A stretch of 64,000 nucleotides of DNA from IMG/VR virus record IMGVR_UViG_3300022928_000007. The stretch is one strand, 5' to 3'. This document shows, piece after piece, positions 32,051 through 42,008 of this stretch (positions within the stretch are counted from its first letter, which is position 1; each line of letters opens with the position of its first letter). Source of the DNA: an uncultured virus (IMG/VR IMGVR_UViG_3300022928_000007). Its lineage: Duplodnaviria > Heunggongvirae > Uroviricota > Caudoviricetes. The notes under the pieces were generated by a model. It was given only the letters and a program-made list of their open reading frames with translations. It did not search any database and was not told the DNA's origin. The translations under genes and the position numbers were made by a program.

Positions 32051-32831
32051 TTTTACAACAAAAGAGATAAAAGACATTAAAAGTTTTTGTAAACTAAACG
32101 AATTAGATTTTGAAGAGTTTATTAAAATATGTTTTAGTAAGGGGTATCAAATTGAAAAATACGGACTACTAACTACTGATGATGGTGAACAAATAGTTTT
32201 TGAAGAAAAAATAGTTGAAAAAATAATTGAAAAAGAAATAATTAAAGAAATACCAGTAGAAAAGATAGTCGAAAAAGAGGTACCTGTAGAAGTAATTAAA
32301 GAAGTACCTATTGAAGTTATTAGGGAGGTAGAAAAAGAAGTTATTGTCGAGGTAGAGAAGATTGTAGAAGTTGAAAAACCTAAAGAAGTTATAGTAGAGA
32401 AAGAAATTTATATTACAGACGATGAACAAGTGAAAGAACTTGGAGGTAAAATTGCCGAGTTAAAAAAAGAAAAAAAGGAAAGTGATACGAAAATATCCGA
32501 TTATATGAGAACAATAGAAGAAAGTAAAAATGAGAAGAATAAATTGGAAAGAAGGGTATCTGAGTTGGAAATTCTCTTGGAGGAGAAACCCAAAGAAATC
32601 ATCAAGGAGATTGAGGTGGAAAAAATAGTTAAAGAAGAAATTAAAGTTGAGGATAAAGAAAAACTTAAAAAACTACAAAAAACAATTTCTCATATGACTG
32701 ATGAGATACGAAAAAAAGATGAAAAGATTTTACAAATAGAAAAAAATGTTGTAGAATTAGAAAAGATAAAAGGACCTATTAAAGGAAAATTTATGGGGTC
32801 AACAAATTTAAATGATAATTTATATAGATAA
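32028..32831 (+). CDS. Charged repeat/coiled-coil protein with EK(I/V)(V/I)E(V/K)P repeats
   Basis: EKIVEKEVPVEVIKEVPIEVIREVEK low-complexity repeats, then heptads. Confidence 0.65.
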   Translation: MNNSPIINFTTKEIKDIKSFCKLNELDFEEFIKICFSKGYQIEKYGLLTTDDGEQIVFEEKIVEKIIEKEIIKEIPVEKIVEKEVPVEVIKEVPIEVIREVEKEVIVEVEKIVEVEKPKEVIVEKEIYITDDEQVKELGGKIAELKKEKKESDTKISDYMRTIEESKNEKNKLERRVSELEILLEEKPKEIIKEIEVEKIVKEEIKVEDKEKLKKLQKTISHMTDEIRKKDEKILQIEKNVVELEKIKGPIKGKFMGSTNLNDNLYR

Positions 32832-33175
32832 TGGAATTAATAATTTGGTTAATAGCTGCGTATGGAATGAGTCAAATATTAGTATATGGCTCAATTTTTA
32901 ATGGTTTAAGAGACGGTATACATAGATGGGGTGAAAACCCATTAGCTCCACTTAATTTTATGGGAGTATTTTTATCAGGACTAATATCTTGTATGATGTG
33001 TACCTCAACATGGGTTGGTTTTGTAATGAGTTTTGTGTGGTCACCATTTAACAATGTATTAGAGGTACATCAGGCGGTTTCAGTTTTTTTTGATGGAATG
33101 TTAGCGTCAGGTGGAGTATGGTTTATTAATACAATCGTGGAATGGTTTGAAGAAACTAAAGGAAATAATGGATGA
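32831..33175 (+). CDS. Membrane protein, DUF1360-like
   Basis: Hydrophobic helices with LISCMMCTSTWVG. Confidence 0.55.
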   Translation: MELIIWLIAAYGMSQILVYGSIFNGLRDGIHRWGENPLAPLNFMGVFLSGLISCMMCTSTWVGFVMSFVWSPFNNVLEVHQAVSVFFDGMLASGGVWFINTIVEWFEETKGNNG

Positions 33176-33389
33176 CGAAATAAAAGAAGTTAGGTATTAT
33201 CTAATACCCGGTGATTGGAGAATGGCGTTTAAGGTTATTGCAATTCTTGTTAGTTGGTATTTTAATAAATCTTTATTATGGGTAGTTATACACTATCTAT
33301 TTGGATGGATATATTTAGTATATGTAGCTTTTATGGGTGGATTTTCAAATGGGGGACTTACCGATATTATAAATTATTATTTCAGTTAG
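33168..33389 (+). CDS. Small membrane protein
   Basis: Start MDDEIK; SWYFNKSLLWVVIHYLFGWIY hydrophobic segments. Confidence 0.55.
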   Translation: MDDEIKEVRYYLIPGDWRMAFKVIAILVSWYFNKSLLWVVIHYLFGWIYLVYVAFMGGFSNGGLTDIINYYFS

Positions 33390-33811
33390 AACCATTTATT
33401 TTTCTTAAAATAATAAAACATACCGACCACAGTTATTACAGTTAATACTAAGAAAATCCAAAATCCGTGGTCACCTGTCAGTAGAGGAACATCATCAAAG
33501 TTCATTCCCCACATTCCAGTATAAAAAGATAAAGGTAAAAATATCGTAGACCAAACAGTTAACAAATTTAACTTATGGTTCATCTTTTCACTTTGGTCTT
33601 TATCAAAAGCGACATCTAAATTATCCATAAGAGATAATAGAGTATCGATATCTTTATCTTTAGGATTAGACAATTTATAAAGTAACATCTCTTTTTTAAG
33701 ATGGTATAAATCCATCTCATCAAAGTTAGGTCTATTACTTTCTAAACTTATCTCTAGTTCATTTATTTTTTTCTTAAACGATTCTATTTTTTCCATATAT
33801 CCATTATCCAT
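33386..33811 (-). CDS. Truncated CorA-family Mg2+ transporter (C-terminal TM part)
   Basis: MN..L..LT..STIFLPLSF.TG.WGMNF..P, second TM helix and KKNKWF end. Confidence 0.8.
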   Translation of the reverse strand: MDNGYMEKIESFKKKINELEISLESNRPNFDEMDLYHLKKEMLLYKLSNPKDKDIDTLLSLMDNLDVAFDKDQSEKMNHKLNLLTVWSTIFLPLSFYTGMWGMNFDDVPLLTGDHGFWIFLVLTVITVVGMFYYFKKNKWF

Positions 33812-33990
33812 AATAAACTTTCAAGACCGTACATTACACCAACGAACATTAATCCATAATGTGTGTAACCATTGTTGACTCCTACAGTAAAATCTTGTAT
33901 AATTGAAGGTATAGTGGAGACAATAATAGATATTGAAAATAAAAGTTTAACAAATTTATTGGAAAGTATTTTTGTTAGTTGTTCTCTCAT
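33784..33990 (-). CDS. Small membrane protein
   Basis: Likely start MREQLTK (33990); two hydrophobic segments; overlaps the CorA start. Confidence 0.55.
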   Translation of the reverse strand: MREQLTKILSNKFVKLLFSISIIVSTIPSIIQDFTVGVNNGYTHYGLMFVGVMYGLESLLWIMDIWKK

Positions 33991-34017
33991 AATAATAAAT
34001 ACACAATAATTAAAATT

Positions 34018-34230
34018 ATGCCGAAAAGTAAAAACAGAGGAGGGGCTAAGGCTCATCGTAAAAGAGTTCAATCAAGAAACAACAGAATTAGAGGTGTTCA
34101 GAGAAAAATGCAAGAACAATATACTGCTGAAATGACTAAACAATTAGAAGAGTATAGAAAGTCTTTGTCTGCTGAAACTGAAAATAACGAAGTGGTGAGC
34201 GGAGAACAACCACTTAACATTAAATTGTAA
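34018..34230 (+). CDS. Small basic protein
   Basis: MPKSKNRGGAKAHRKRV... Confidence 0.6.
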   Translation: MPKSKNRGGAKAHRKRVQSRNNRIRGVQRKMQEQYTAEMTKQLEEYRKSLSAETENNEVVSGEQPLNIKL

Positions 34231-34238
34231 GTAGTATA

Positions 34239-36614
34239 ATGGATTTGTTTAATCCACCAAAAGAATTAAATTATAGTCATATGAGTCATAAATTAGATGT
34301 TACTACATTAGAAAATCCCTATATCCAAGTGGTGTGGGAAGATACTCCTGATAATTTTACGCAAGAGAGAATTAAAAGAGTTAGGTCTTACTTTGAAAAA
34401 AAGTATAAATCTAAAAATGTTAATGTTGTAACTAAGGTTAAGACTGAGTCTGATGAGATACAATCAGTTGATGTATCTATGAACATATTAGACGAGAATT
34501 TTCAAAAAGAACTTATAAAAAAATATCTTAAGGTTCATGGGTATGAAGAAAGTTTAGATGAAATTCTAAATATAGACAATCTTGTTGAAGATAAGATAGC
34601 TTCAGAAAAGGCAGAAATAACACCTTTTAAAAAGTGGTATATTAAAAATATTGAGTTTTCTAATTTTTTATCTTTTGGTGATAATCAAGTCTTAGATTTT
34701 GAAAAAGTAAAAGGTATTACTGCAGTCGAGTCTAATCCGCCTAATTTTGGTGGTAAAACGGTTCTTACTGTTGACTTACTTTTATTTTTATTCTTTAATA
34801 CTACAACAAAGACCAATAAAGCTGAAGAAATATTTAATAGATTCAGAGATAAAGACAAAGTAGTAGTAAAAGGCGAAATTCAAATTGATGGTGAAGATTA
34901 TGTGATTGTTAGAGAAGTCAAAAGAAAACTAAAAAGAAATAAAATTGATTACACTGTTAGTACTAGTTTAGAGTTTTTTAAAAAATTAGCGGATGGAAGT
35001 TTACAAAACTTTACTGGAGAACAAAGACGAGAAACTGAAGATTTTATTAAGAAATCTATCGGAACTATGGATGATTTTTTAATGACAATACTCACCACAT
35101 CTACTAACTTAGAAGAACTCATTGATTCGAAACCAACTGCTCGAGGACAAGTACTCTCTAGATTTTTAGGGTTAGATTCATTAAAATTAAAAGAGGATGT
35201 TGCAAAAGAAATCACATCTAATTATTCTAAAAGTATGATATCTAACATATACAATATTGAATCTTTAAAAGAGGAGATTGATATTGCAAATATGGATATT
35301 GAGCAGGAAAACAAAAACATATTAACTTATGTTGACGAACTAAATGATGTTAACTCTAGAATTGAAAAGGGACAAGATTATCGTGATGAACTAATCAAGA
35401 AAAAACATACCGGATTAGATGACGAGTTATTAAGGGTTAACCCCGATAAGTTAGAGGTTGAGATAAAAGAATATGGTTCAAAAATAGGTACCACCCTTAA
35501 AGAACTTAGTGATATTAATGTTGTCGAACCCTCAAAGTTTTATCATGAAGATGAACACGATAATATTAAAAATTTACTTTCAGATGAAAGAATTAAAATG
35601 GGTACTATGTCATCTAAGAAAGATGATATCGATGAAGAGTTAAAAACTTTTGAAGGGGGATTAGAATGTCAATATTGTGGTATAGTCTTAGCAAAATCAA
35701 CTTATAACGATAATAGAAAAAAAGAATTAAAAACTTTAAAAGAAGACTTATTAGTTGTCACTAAAAATGTTGAGGATTTAGTAATTAAAGAAAAATCTTT
35801 TGTGGACCTTAAAAAAGATTTTGACCAATACGAGAGAAATAAACTCATAAAAGAAAAGTTTGAAATTCAGTTAGAAACTTTAGAGTTAAAGAAAAATGGA
35901 TTATCGGATAAACTTAAAAGATTTAAAGAAGTACAATTAAAGTTAGAAGAAAATAAAAAAATAGACGAGACTATTTTAAAGGCGGATATGAGATTGGATG
36001 TATTGACTGTTGAAAGAGATGGGGTCAATACAAAAATTAGTGACTCTAAGAATAATATTAAAAATAGAGAGACTAAAATATCCGAAAATAATAATTTCAT
36101 TATTCAGATAAAGGAAGAAGAACAAAGATTAAGACTTTATAAGATATATTTGGAGTTATTTGGTAAGAAAGGTATCACCAAGATGATAATGAGAAGTATG
36201 ACCCCTGTAATTAACTCAGAGTTACAAAGATTATTAGTTGACTCTGCGGAGTTTAAACTTGAGGTTAGAATATCTGAAAAAGATGAGGTAGAGTTTTGGA
36301 TGATAGATAATAATACAGGAATAGAAAAATTAATGAGTTCAGGTTCAGGTTACGAAAGGTCAATAGCTTCATTAGCTTTACGGGCAGTATTGAGTAAAGT
36401 TTGTTCACTACCAAAACCAAATGTGGTTGTATTTGATGAGGTTTTTGGTAAAATCTCTAATGAAAATTTAGAAATGGTTTCTGAATTTTTTCATAAAATA
36501 AAAGATTATTTCGAAAAAATATTTGTAATAACTCATAATCCTTTAGTTAGTCAGTGGGCAGATAGTATAGTAAAAATAAATAAAAGTAATAACGTATCAA
36601 AAGTAGAACAATGA
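34239..36614 (+). CDS. SbcC/Rad50-like ATPase (gp46-like)
   Basis: IEFSNFLSFG, NFGGKT (Walker A), CQYC zinc hook, long coiled coil, SGSGYE signature, VVFDE (Walker B), ITH. Confidence 0.9.
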   Translation: MDLFNPPKELNYSHMSHKLDVTTLENPYIQVVWEDTPDNFTQERIKRVRSYFEKKYKSKNVNVVTKVKTESDEIQSVDVSMNILDENFQKELIKKYLKVHGYEESLDEILNIDNLVEDKIASEKAEITPFKKWYIKNIEFSNFLSFGDNQVLDFEKVKGITAVESNPPNFGGKTVLTVDLLLFLFFNTTTKTNKAEEIFNRFRDKDKVVVKGEIQIDGEDYVIVREVKRKLKRNKIDYTVSTSLEFFKKLADGSLQNFTGEQRRETEDFIKKSIGTMDDFLMTILTTSTNLEELIDSKPTARGQVLSRFLGLDSLKLKEDVAKEITSNYSKSMISNIYNIESLKEEIDIANMDIEQENKNILTYVDELNDVNSRIEKGQDYRDELIKKKHTGLDDELLRVNPDKLEVEIKEYGSKIGTTLKELSDINVVEPSKFYHEDEHDNIKNLLSDERIKMGTMSSKKDDIDEELKTFEGGLECQYCGIVLAKSTYNDNRKKELKTLKEDLLVVTKNVEDLVIKEKSFVDLKKDFDQYERNKLIKEKFEIQLETLELKKNGLSDKLKRFKEVQLKLEENKKIDETILKADMRLDVLTVERDGVNTKISDSKNNIKNRETKISENNNFIIQIKEEEQRLRLYKIYLELFGKKGITKMIMRSMTPVINSELQRLLVDSAEFKLEVRISEKDEVEFWMIDNNTGIEKLMSSGSGYERSIASLALRAVLSKVCSLPKPNVVVFDEVFGKISNENLEMVSEFFHKIKDYFEKIFVITHNPLVSQWADSIVKINKSNNVSKVEQ

Positions 36615-37534
36615 CAAAAATAATAGTTACAGGTGGAATGGGATTTATAGGGTCTCATTTCGTTAATAAATTAAGTGAAAGGTTACCTAATAGTGAAATA
36701 ACGGTAATTGATAAAATGACATATGCTGCGAATATTAATAACGTAAAATGTGATTTTAATTTTATTGAAGAGGATATATGTAACTTAACTGAACTACCTA
36801 ACTGTGACTATATAGTTCACTTTGCCGCCGAGTCTCATGTGGATAATTCTATAGAAAATGGAAGACCATTTGTTCGTACTAATGTTGAGGGTACATTTAA
36901 TTTGGTTGAACTAGCTAAAAATATAAAAGGTTTAAAAAAGTTCATCCATATCTCAACTGATGAGGTTTACGGTGATATGGATTATTATGGTTCAGATTCA
37001 GTAGCTGAGGAAACATTTAATCTTATTGGTTCTTCATATTATTCAGCAACTAAAGCTGCGTCAGACTTAATTGTACAATCCGCAGGAAGAACTTTTGGTT
37101 TACCTTATGTTATTACAAGAACTTGTAATAACTTTGGAGAAAATCAACACGAAGAAAAAATGATACCTAAAATTATAAAGAATATAAAAAATGATATTCC
37201 TATTCCGGTCTATGGTGATGGTAACCAAGTCAGAGAGTGGATACATGCAGATGACAACGCTGAGGCAATAATAAATATTATGTTATCTGAAGACACTATC
37301 AATGAAGTTTTCAACATAGGTAGTAGGTATCGTATAACTAATAATCAATTGATTAATTTAGTTTCTGAAGTTGTTGGTAGAAAAGTTAAATTTGAGTATG
37401 TTGAAGATAGGTTAGGACATGATAGGAGGTACGCCTTGAATATTACAAAATATAATAGTAAGTTTGATAAGATAGACTATATTAATCTTAAAGAGTGGTT
37501 GAGTAAAATTATAACTAAAAATGAAGTGGGATAA
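36611..37534 (+). CDS. rfbB: dTDP-glucose 4,6-dehydratase
   Basis: TGGMGFIGS, HFAAESHVDNSI, ISTDEVYG, YSATKA, YGDGNQVREW, DRLGHDRRYA. Confidence 0.9.
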   Translation: MTKIIVTGGMGFIGSHFVNKLSERLPNSEITVIDKMTYAANINNVKCDFNFIEEDICNLTELPNCDYIVHFAAESHVDNSIENGRPFVRTNVEGTFNLVELAKNIKGLKKFIHISTDEVYGDMDYYGSDSVAEETFNLIGSSYYSATKAASDLIVQSAGRTFGLPYVITRTCNNFGENQHEEKMIPKIIKNIKNDIPIPVYGDGNQVREWIHADDNAEAIINIMLSEDTINEVFNIGSRYRITNNQLINLVSEVVGRKVKFEYVEDRLGHDRRYALNITKYNSKFDKIDYINLKEWLSKIITKNEVG

Positions 37535-37976
37535 ATACTTTTTAAATATTGCAGAAAACGTAAAGTTAAAATCCAAAGACAGAAGGACTCAAATCGGCGC
37601 GGTAATAGTAGGAAAAGATAATGAAATTGTATCTACAGGTTATAATTCATTTCCAAGAGGTATTAATGATAATGTTGAAGAAAGACAAATTAGACCTGAA
37701 AAGTATTATTGGATTGAACATGCCGAGCGTAACGCAATTTATAATGCTGCACGTATTGGTGTTAGTTTAAGAGATACAACAATGTATCTAACCTGTGGAA
37801 TACCATGTAGTGATTGTACTAAGGGTATCATAAGTTCAGGTATAAAAAAGATATACTGTAAAGTTCAGGATACCACAAGAAATAGAGAGCATTGGGATGA
37901 ACACGCTAAAAGAAGTCTGCAAATGTTTAAAGAAAGTAATGTTGAAATAATTTTTTATGATGAGAAAGAAAAGTGA
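37521..37976 (+). CDS. dCMP deaminase
   Basis: GAVIV, TGYN..P, HAERNA, PCSDC. Confidence 0.88.
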   Translation: MKWDKYFLNIAENVKLKSKDRRTQIGAVIVGKDNEIVSTGYNSFPRGINDNVEERQIRPEKYYWIEHAERNAIYNAARIGVSLRDTTMYLTCGIPCSDCTKGIISSGIKKIYCKVQDTTRNREHWDEHAKRSLQMFKESNVEIIFYDEKEK

Positions 37977-38616
37977 TGATACGTGGCAAATTTTAAGAAT
38001 TCAGGGAGAATTCACAAAAGGATTTGATACATTTAATGATTTAGGACCGTGTGTCTCAGTTTTTGGTTCTGCTCGAACTGAAAAAGACACATGGTGGTAT
38101 GATGAAGCTAAGAAATTCGGTAATCTTATCGCATCTAAAGGATTCGGAATTATCACAGGAGGAGGACCTGGTATTATGGAGGCGGCTAATCAAGGAGCTA
38201 AAGAGGTTGGTGCTAATTCCGTAGGAATTGGTATTGAGTTACCTTTTGAGTCTGGAATGAATCCACACGTTACTAAAGGATTGGAATGTAGATACTTCTT
38301 TACTAGAAAGGTAATGTTTTTAAAGTATTCACAGGCATTTGTGGTCTTTCCGGGGGGTTTAGGAACATTAGATGAACTATTCGAAGCGTTAACATTGGCA
38401 CAGACAGGTCATTCACCAAAGTATCCTATAGTATTAGTAGGTAAGAAATATTGGGGAGGTTTAATTGATTGGTTATATGATATGGTTAATCCTACAGGAA
38501 GAATGAGTTTAGATGATTTTGATTTATTTAGAATAGTTGATAATGCTGAGGAGGCGAGTGAGAAAGTTATTGAATTTATGGAAAAATATAGAAAAGAAAA
38601 CACTAATAATTTTTAA
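37957..38616 (+). CDS. LOG family nucleotide phosphoribohydrolase (TIGR00730-like)
   Basis: SVFGSAR, TGGGPGIMEAAN, FFTRK, PGGLGTLDE. Confidence 0.9.
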   Translation: MMRKKSDDTWQILRIQGEFTKGFDTFNDLGPCVSVFGSARTEKDTWWYDEAKKFGNLIASKGFGIITGGGPGIMEAANQGAKEVGANSVGIGIELPFESGMNPHVTKGLECRYFFTRKVMFLKYSQAFVVFPGGLGTLDELFEALTLAQTGHSPKYPIVLVGKKYWGGLIDWLYDMVNPTGRMSLDDFDLFRIVDNAEEASEKVIEFMEKYRKENTNNF

Positions 38617-38658
38617 GTTAAGTTTTTTTTATTATCTTTGTCCTCTAAACTTATAGAT

Positions 38659-38889
38659 ATGAAAAATATAGATTTAAATAAAGAGATGGCTTGGGTTACT
38701 TTCCTTCACGAGGGATGGGAAACTATATGGCATCCTGTAACTGATGTAAGCGGCAACCATCTTGAATTTGATGATGGTATTATGGACCATTGTCGTTCTC
38801 AGTTCAACCGAGAAGGGAATTGGGTAAGTTTTGGAATAGCACCAACTAGCCAAATGATTTTAAAAAATTCTGTAAGAGATAACCTTTAA
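38659..38889 (+). CDS. Hypothetical protein
   Basis: Start MKNIDL; TATCTTTG (-7-like) element at 38633-38640. Confidence 0.55.
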   Translation: MKNIDLNKEMAWVTFLHEGWETIWHPVTDVSGNHLEFDDGIMDHCRSQFNREGNWVSFGIAPTSQMILKNSVRDNL

Positions 38890-39157
38890 AACAAAAGAGA
38901 GTAATATGAAAACAGTTAAAAATAATAGTGAAGACGTAAGAAGAGTTGATGACTCTACTGCAGAAATGTTGGTTAGTAGTGGTTCTTGGTTTTATTGTAG
39001 TAAAGAAGAATATAAGAAAAATAGAAAATCTGTTAAGGTAAAAACTAACAACAAAACCGAAACTAAAGATATTGAAAACAGAGGTTTATCAGATAAAAAA
39101 CTTAGAAGAGAAAGAAAACGAGCTAAATCAAATAGAAACCTTTAAAACAAAAGAGAG
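38881..39157 (+). repeat. 21-bp direct repeat flanking gene 38906..39145
   Basis: aacctttaaaacaaaagagag at 38881-38901 and 39137-39157. Confidence 0.9.
38906..39145 (+). CDS. Small basic hypothetical protein
   Basis: 79 aa with a Lys/Arg-rich C-terminus. Confidence 0.6.
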   Translation: MKTVKNNSEDVRRVDDSTAEMLVSSGSWFYCSKEEYKKNRKSVKVKTNNKTETKDIENRGLSDKKLRRERKRAKSNRNL

Positions 39158-39616
39158 ATGAAAAACGTAATTTTTGACCTTGATGGAACTATTGCTCTTA
39201 TTAATGATAGGAGAAAATTGTCTACAAAAGATAATGGTAAAATTGATTGGGATATTTTTTTTAACCCTGATAATATTAATTTGGACCAACCAAATGATGC
39301 GGTCATTACTATGGTTAGACTTTTTAAAGATGCAGGAAATAGGATTGTAATTCTTTCAGGTAGAAGTAAAGCCACTAAAGATGCTACTAAAGATTGGTTG
39401 AATAAGTTTGATGTACCATTTGACATTTTGAAGATGAGACCCACTTCAAAAGAATTCATGTTTATGCCCGATGACCAACTTAAGCAAATGTGGTTGGATA
39501 AACTGTTTACGGATAAGAATGATATTGTGTGTGTTTTTGACGACAGACAGAAAGTTGTGGATATGTGGAGACGAAATGGTTTAACTTGTATGCAAGTTGA
39601 TAAAGGAGATTTTTAA
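39158..39616 (+). CDS. HAD phosphatase, T4 PNKP phosphatase-like
   Basis: IFDLDGT, LSGR, MRP..D..K, FDDRQKVVDMWR. Confidence 0.85.
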   Translation: MKNVIFDLDGTIALINDRRKLSTKDNGKIDWDIFFNPDNINLDQPNDAVITMVRLFKDAGNRIVILSGRSKATKDATKDWLNKFDVPFDILKMRPTSKEFMFMPDDQLKQMWLDKLFTDKNDIVCVFDDRQKVVDMWRRNGLTCMQVDKGDF

Positions 39617-39618
39617 TT

Positions 39619-39978
39619 ATGATTTGGAGAGTAAAAAGACTTTTTAGAAAAATTAAAAGGGTTTGGGATTTTATACCCATCATTTGGAAGGGTGATGACT
39701 ATGATTATCAATATTCAATTGACCTTTTTAAGTATCAATTGGATAGAACTGCAGATTATATTCAAGATAGAGGATTTATCTCAGATGCGGATAATGTTGC
39801 ATCACGTATTCGTACTGCGACTCGATTGATGGAAAAGGTATATGATGATGGTTATATGTCTGAGGCTTGGTCTTACAAAGGTGATGATAAAATTAAACAG
39901 GCAGTTGAAAAGTCGGATAAGGCTGAAAAGATTCTTTGGAAGTTTATAGGACATAATATTCGTAAATGGTGGGATTAA
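39619..39978 (+). CDS. Hypothetical phage protein
   Basis: PIIWK..DYD and a C-terminal WWD motif. Confidence 0.6.
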   Translation: MIWRVKRLFRKIKRVWDFIPIIWKGDDYDYQYSIDLFKYQLDRTADYIQDRGFISDADNVASRIRTATRLMEKVYDDGYMSEAWSYKGDDKIKQAVEKSDKAEKILWKFIGHNIRKWWD

Positions 39979-39998
39979 TTAATTAATAAATAAAAAAT

Positions 39999-40535
39999 AT
40001 GATAAAAGAACTGACATACAAAAAAAGAGGGACGGATGACTATTATCCTCCGTTAAAGTATTATACTATGAATGATAATACAGTAATTGCGACATACCAA
40101 GGATTCAGAGGTGAAAATCCGGACTTAGACTTTATTGTAAAGTATAGAGAACCAGGGAAGAGACTCAGAACACCAAGTCATACCCATTGGATTGTAGACT
40201 TACTTGTAAAATGTGAATACAATAAAGGTTTGGTAAGAGGATTTATATACCAAATGTTAGACCAATATGATAACATTGAACCATTCAGTACTAAAGAAGA
40301 GAGAGATAATTACCAGTTAATCTTAAGTGAAAACTTAGATGAGGTTTATGACGAGTTAAATGGTCATGGTTATTACAATGTGGATACACTTACTACATTC
40401 ATAGAGTTATTTATAAGATGTGAAAAACAAACCTCAGGTGCCTTTATGTTTAAAGCCTTGTTACAGTTAGTATTAGACTACTGTGACGATAAAAAAGACT
40501 TCTACCAAGTTGTCGGATACTCTAAAAGAGTTTAA
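39999..40535 (+). CDS. Hypothetical protein
   Basis: 178-aa ORF with A-rich leader. Confidence 0.6.
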   Translation: MIKELTYKKRGTDDYYPPLKYYTMNDNTVIATYQGFRGENPDLDFIVKYREPGKRLRTPSHTHWIVDLLVKCEYNKGLVRGFIYQMLDQYDNIEPFSTKEERDNYQLILSENLDEVYDELNGHGYYNVDTLTTFIELFIRCEKQTSGAFMFKALLQLVLDYCDDKKDFYQVVGYSKRV

Positions 40536-40536
40536 A

Positions 40537-41403
40537 ATGAATATATTAGTTACTGGAGGAGCTGGATTTGTTGGTTCTAACCTTATTAAGGAATTGACTA
40601 AGATTTACCCTAAAAGTCGAATAGTAAGTGTAGATAATTACTTCACCGGTAAAAAAAGTAATCATGTTAAAGGGGTGACTTATTTAAACACTTCAGTCAA
40701 TGATTTTATAGAGTTTAATGATGAGTTTAAACCTGATATAGTTTACCATTTTGGTGAATATTCGAGAATTGTAAAATCTTTTGAGGATATAGATTATTTA
40801 ATTGAAACTAATTTATATTCTACATCTAAACTTATTGAAAAATGTATTCAATGGGACTGTAAATTAATTTACTCCGCATCATCTTCTAAATTTGGTAATA
40901 AAGGTAATGATGAAAATTTATCACCTTATTCTTGGGTCAAAGCTAAAATGGTTGAACTTATTAAAAATTATGGTAAGTGGTTTAACTTGAAATATGAAAT
41001 AGTCTATTTTTATAATGTATATGGACCTGGTCAAATTGAAAAAGGTGATTACGCAACTGTTATAGGTATCTTTGAAAGACAATATAGAAATGGTGAAATA
41101 CTAACAGTGGTATCTCCGGGGACTCAGGAAAGAGATTTTACCCATATTGAAGACATTGTAAATGGGACTATACTAATATCCGAACAAAATCTTAATCACG
41201 AATGGTTTCTTAGGAAAGGTGACCCCAAAACAATAATTCAGATAGCTAATTTATTTGATAAAGATAAATGGGTTATGGTTGAACAAAGACGTGGAGAAAG
41301 ACAGACGGCAGATATTGTGGAAAATGACACTAATAAAATTTTAGGTTGGAAACCTAAACATACGATTGAAAAATATATTAACTCATTAAAAAATTTGAAA
41401 TAG
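40537..41403 (+). CDS. NAD-dependent nucleotide-sugar epimerase/dehydratase
   Basis: ILVTGGAGFVGS, ASSS, SPYSWVK (YxxxK), YNVYGP, RDFTH. Confidence 0.88.
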   Translation: MNILVTGGAGFVGSNLIKELTKIYPKSRIVSVDNYFTGKKSNHVKGVTYLNTSVNDFIEFNDEFKPDIVYHFGEYSRIVKSFEDIDYLIETNLYSTSKLIEKCIQWDCKLIYSASSSKFGNKGNDENLSPYSWVKAKMVELIKNYGKWFNLKYEIVYFYNVYGPGQIEKGDYATVIGIFERQYRNGEILTVVSPGTQERDFTHIEDIVNGTILISEQNLNHEWFLRKGDPKTIIQIANLFDKDKWVMVEQRRGERQTADIVENDTNKILGWKPKHTIEKYINSLKNLK

Positions 41404-41406
41404 GGT

Positions 41407-41437
41407 TTTGTGTAAATGGTTTTTTTTCTTATATTTG
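41407..41437 (+). promoter_or_regulatory. Bacteroidota-type sigma-A promoter
   Basis: TTTG (41407-10), 19 nt, TATATTTG (41430-37). Confidence 0.75.
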
Positions 41438-41455
41438 TAAAACAAACAAGGAAAC

Positions 41456-42007
41456 ATGGCAAATAAACACGACATCATTGAAACAACTACTATTGAAAAT
41501 CGTTGGGGAGGATATACCACCAAGAAAAAAATCAAAGACATTTATTTTAAGGATTCTAATGTAATCGCCACTTCTCAAAGTAAACTTGCAAAGTCTGAAC
41601 GTAACGATTGTGTTGTAAGGGCTTTCATGATGTCTTTGGATTTGCCTTACGACAAAGCACATAAATTTGTGTCGGATAAGTTTAACCGAGTTAACCGTAA
41701 AGGAACTTACACATCAGTTTACCTTAAAAATATTTTGGGAAAACAAAAGAACGGTAAAAAAATGAGATTGATGGGGTACCACCCAACAAAGACTTTTGGT
41801 GGTAGAAAAAAACTTATTAATCCTAAATACAAGAAAGAGACGGGGTACACAGTTAAATCTTTTATGGAACAACACCCTGAAGGAAGATACTTTATGATTG
41901 TTAAAGGACACGCACTTGCACTTGTAGATGGAATTCTTTATGGGAACTCTAACGAACAATATGACGGTTTCCGCCGACCAGTTCACTACGTAATTAAATG
42001 TCAATAA
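41456..42007 (+). CDS. Hypothetical phage protein with DCVVRA...GHA motifs
   Basis: Cys/His arrangement reminiscent of papain-like folds. Confidence 0.6.
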   Translation: MANKHDIIETTTIENRWGGYTTKKKIKDIYFKDSNVIATSQSKLAKSERNDCVVRAFMMSLDLPYDKAHKFVSDKFNRVNRKGTYTSVYLKNILGKQKNGKKMRLMGYHPTKTFGGRKKLINPKYKKETGYTVKSFMEQHPEGRYFMIVKGHALALVDGILYGNSNEQYDGFRRPVHYVIKCQ

Positions 42008-42008
42008 G

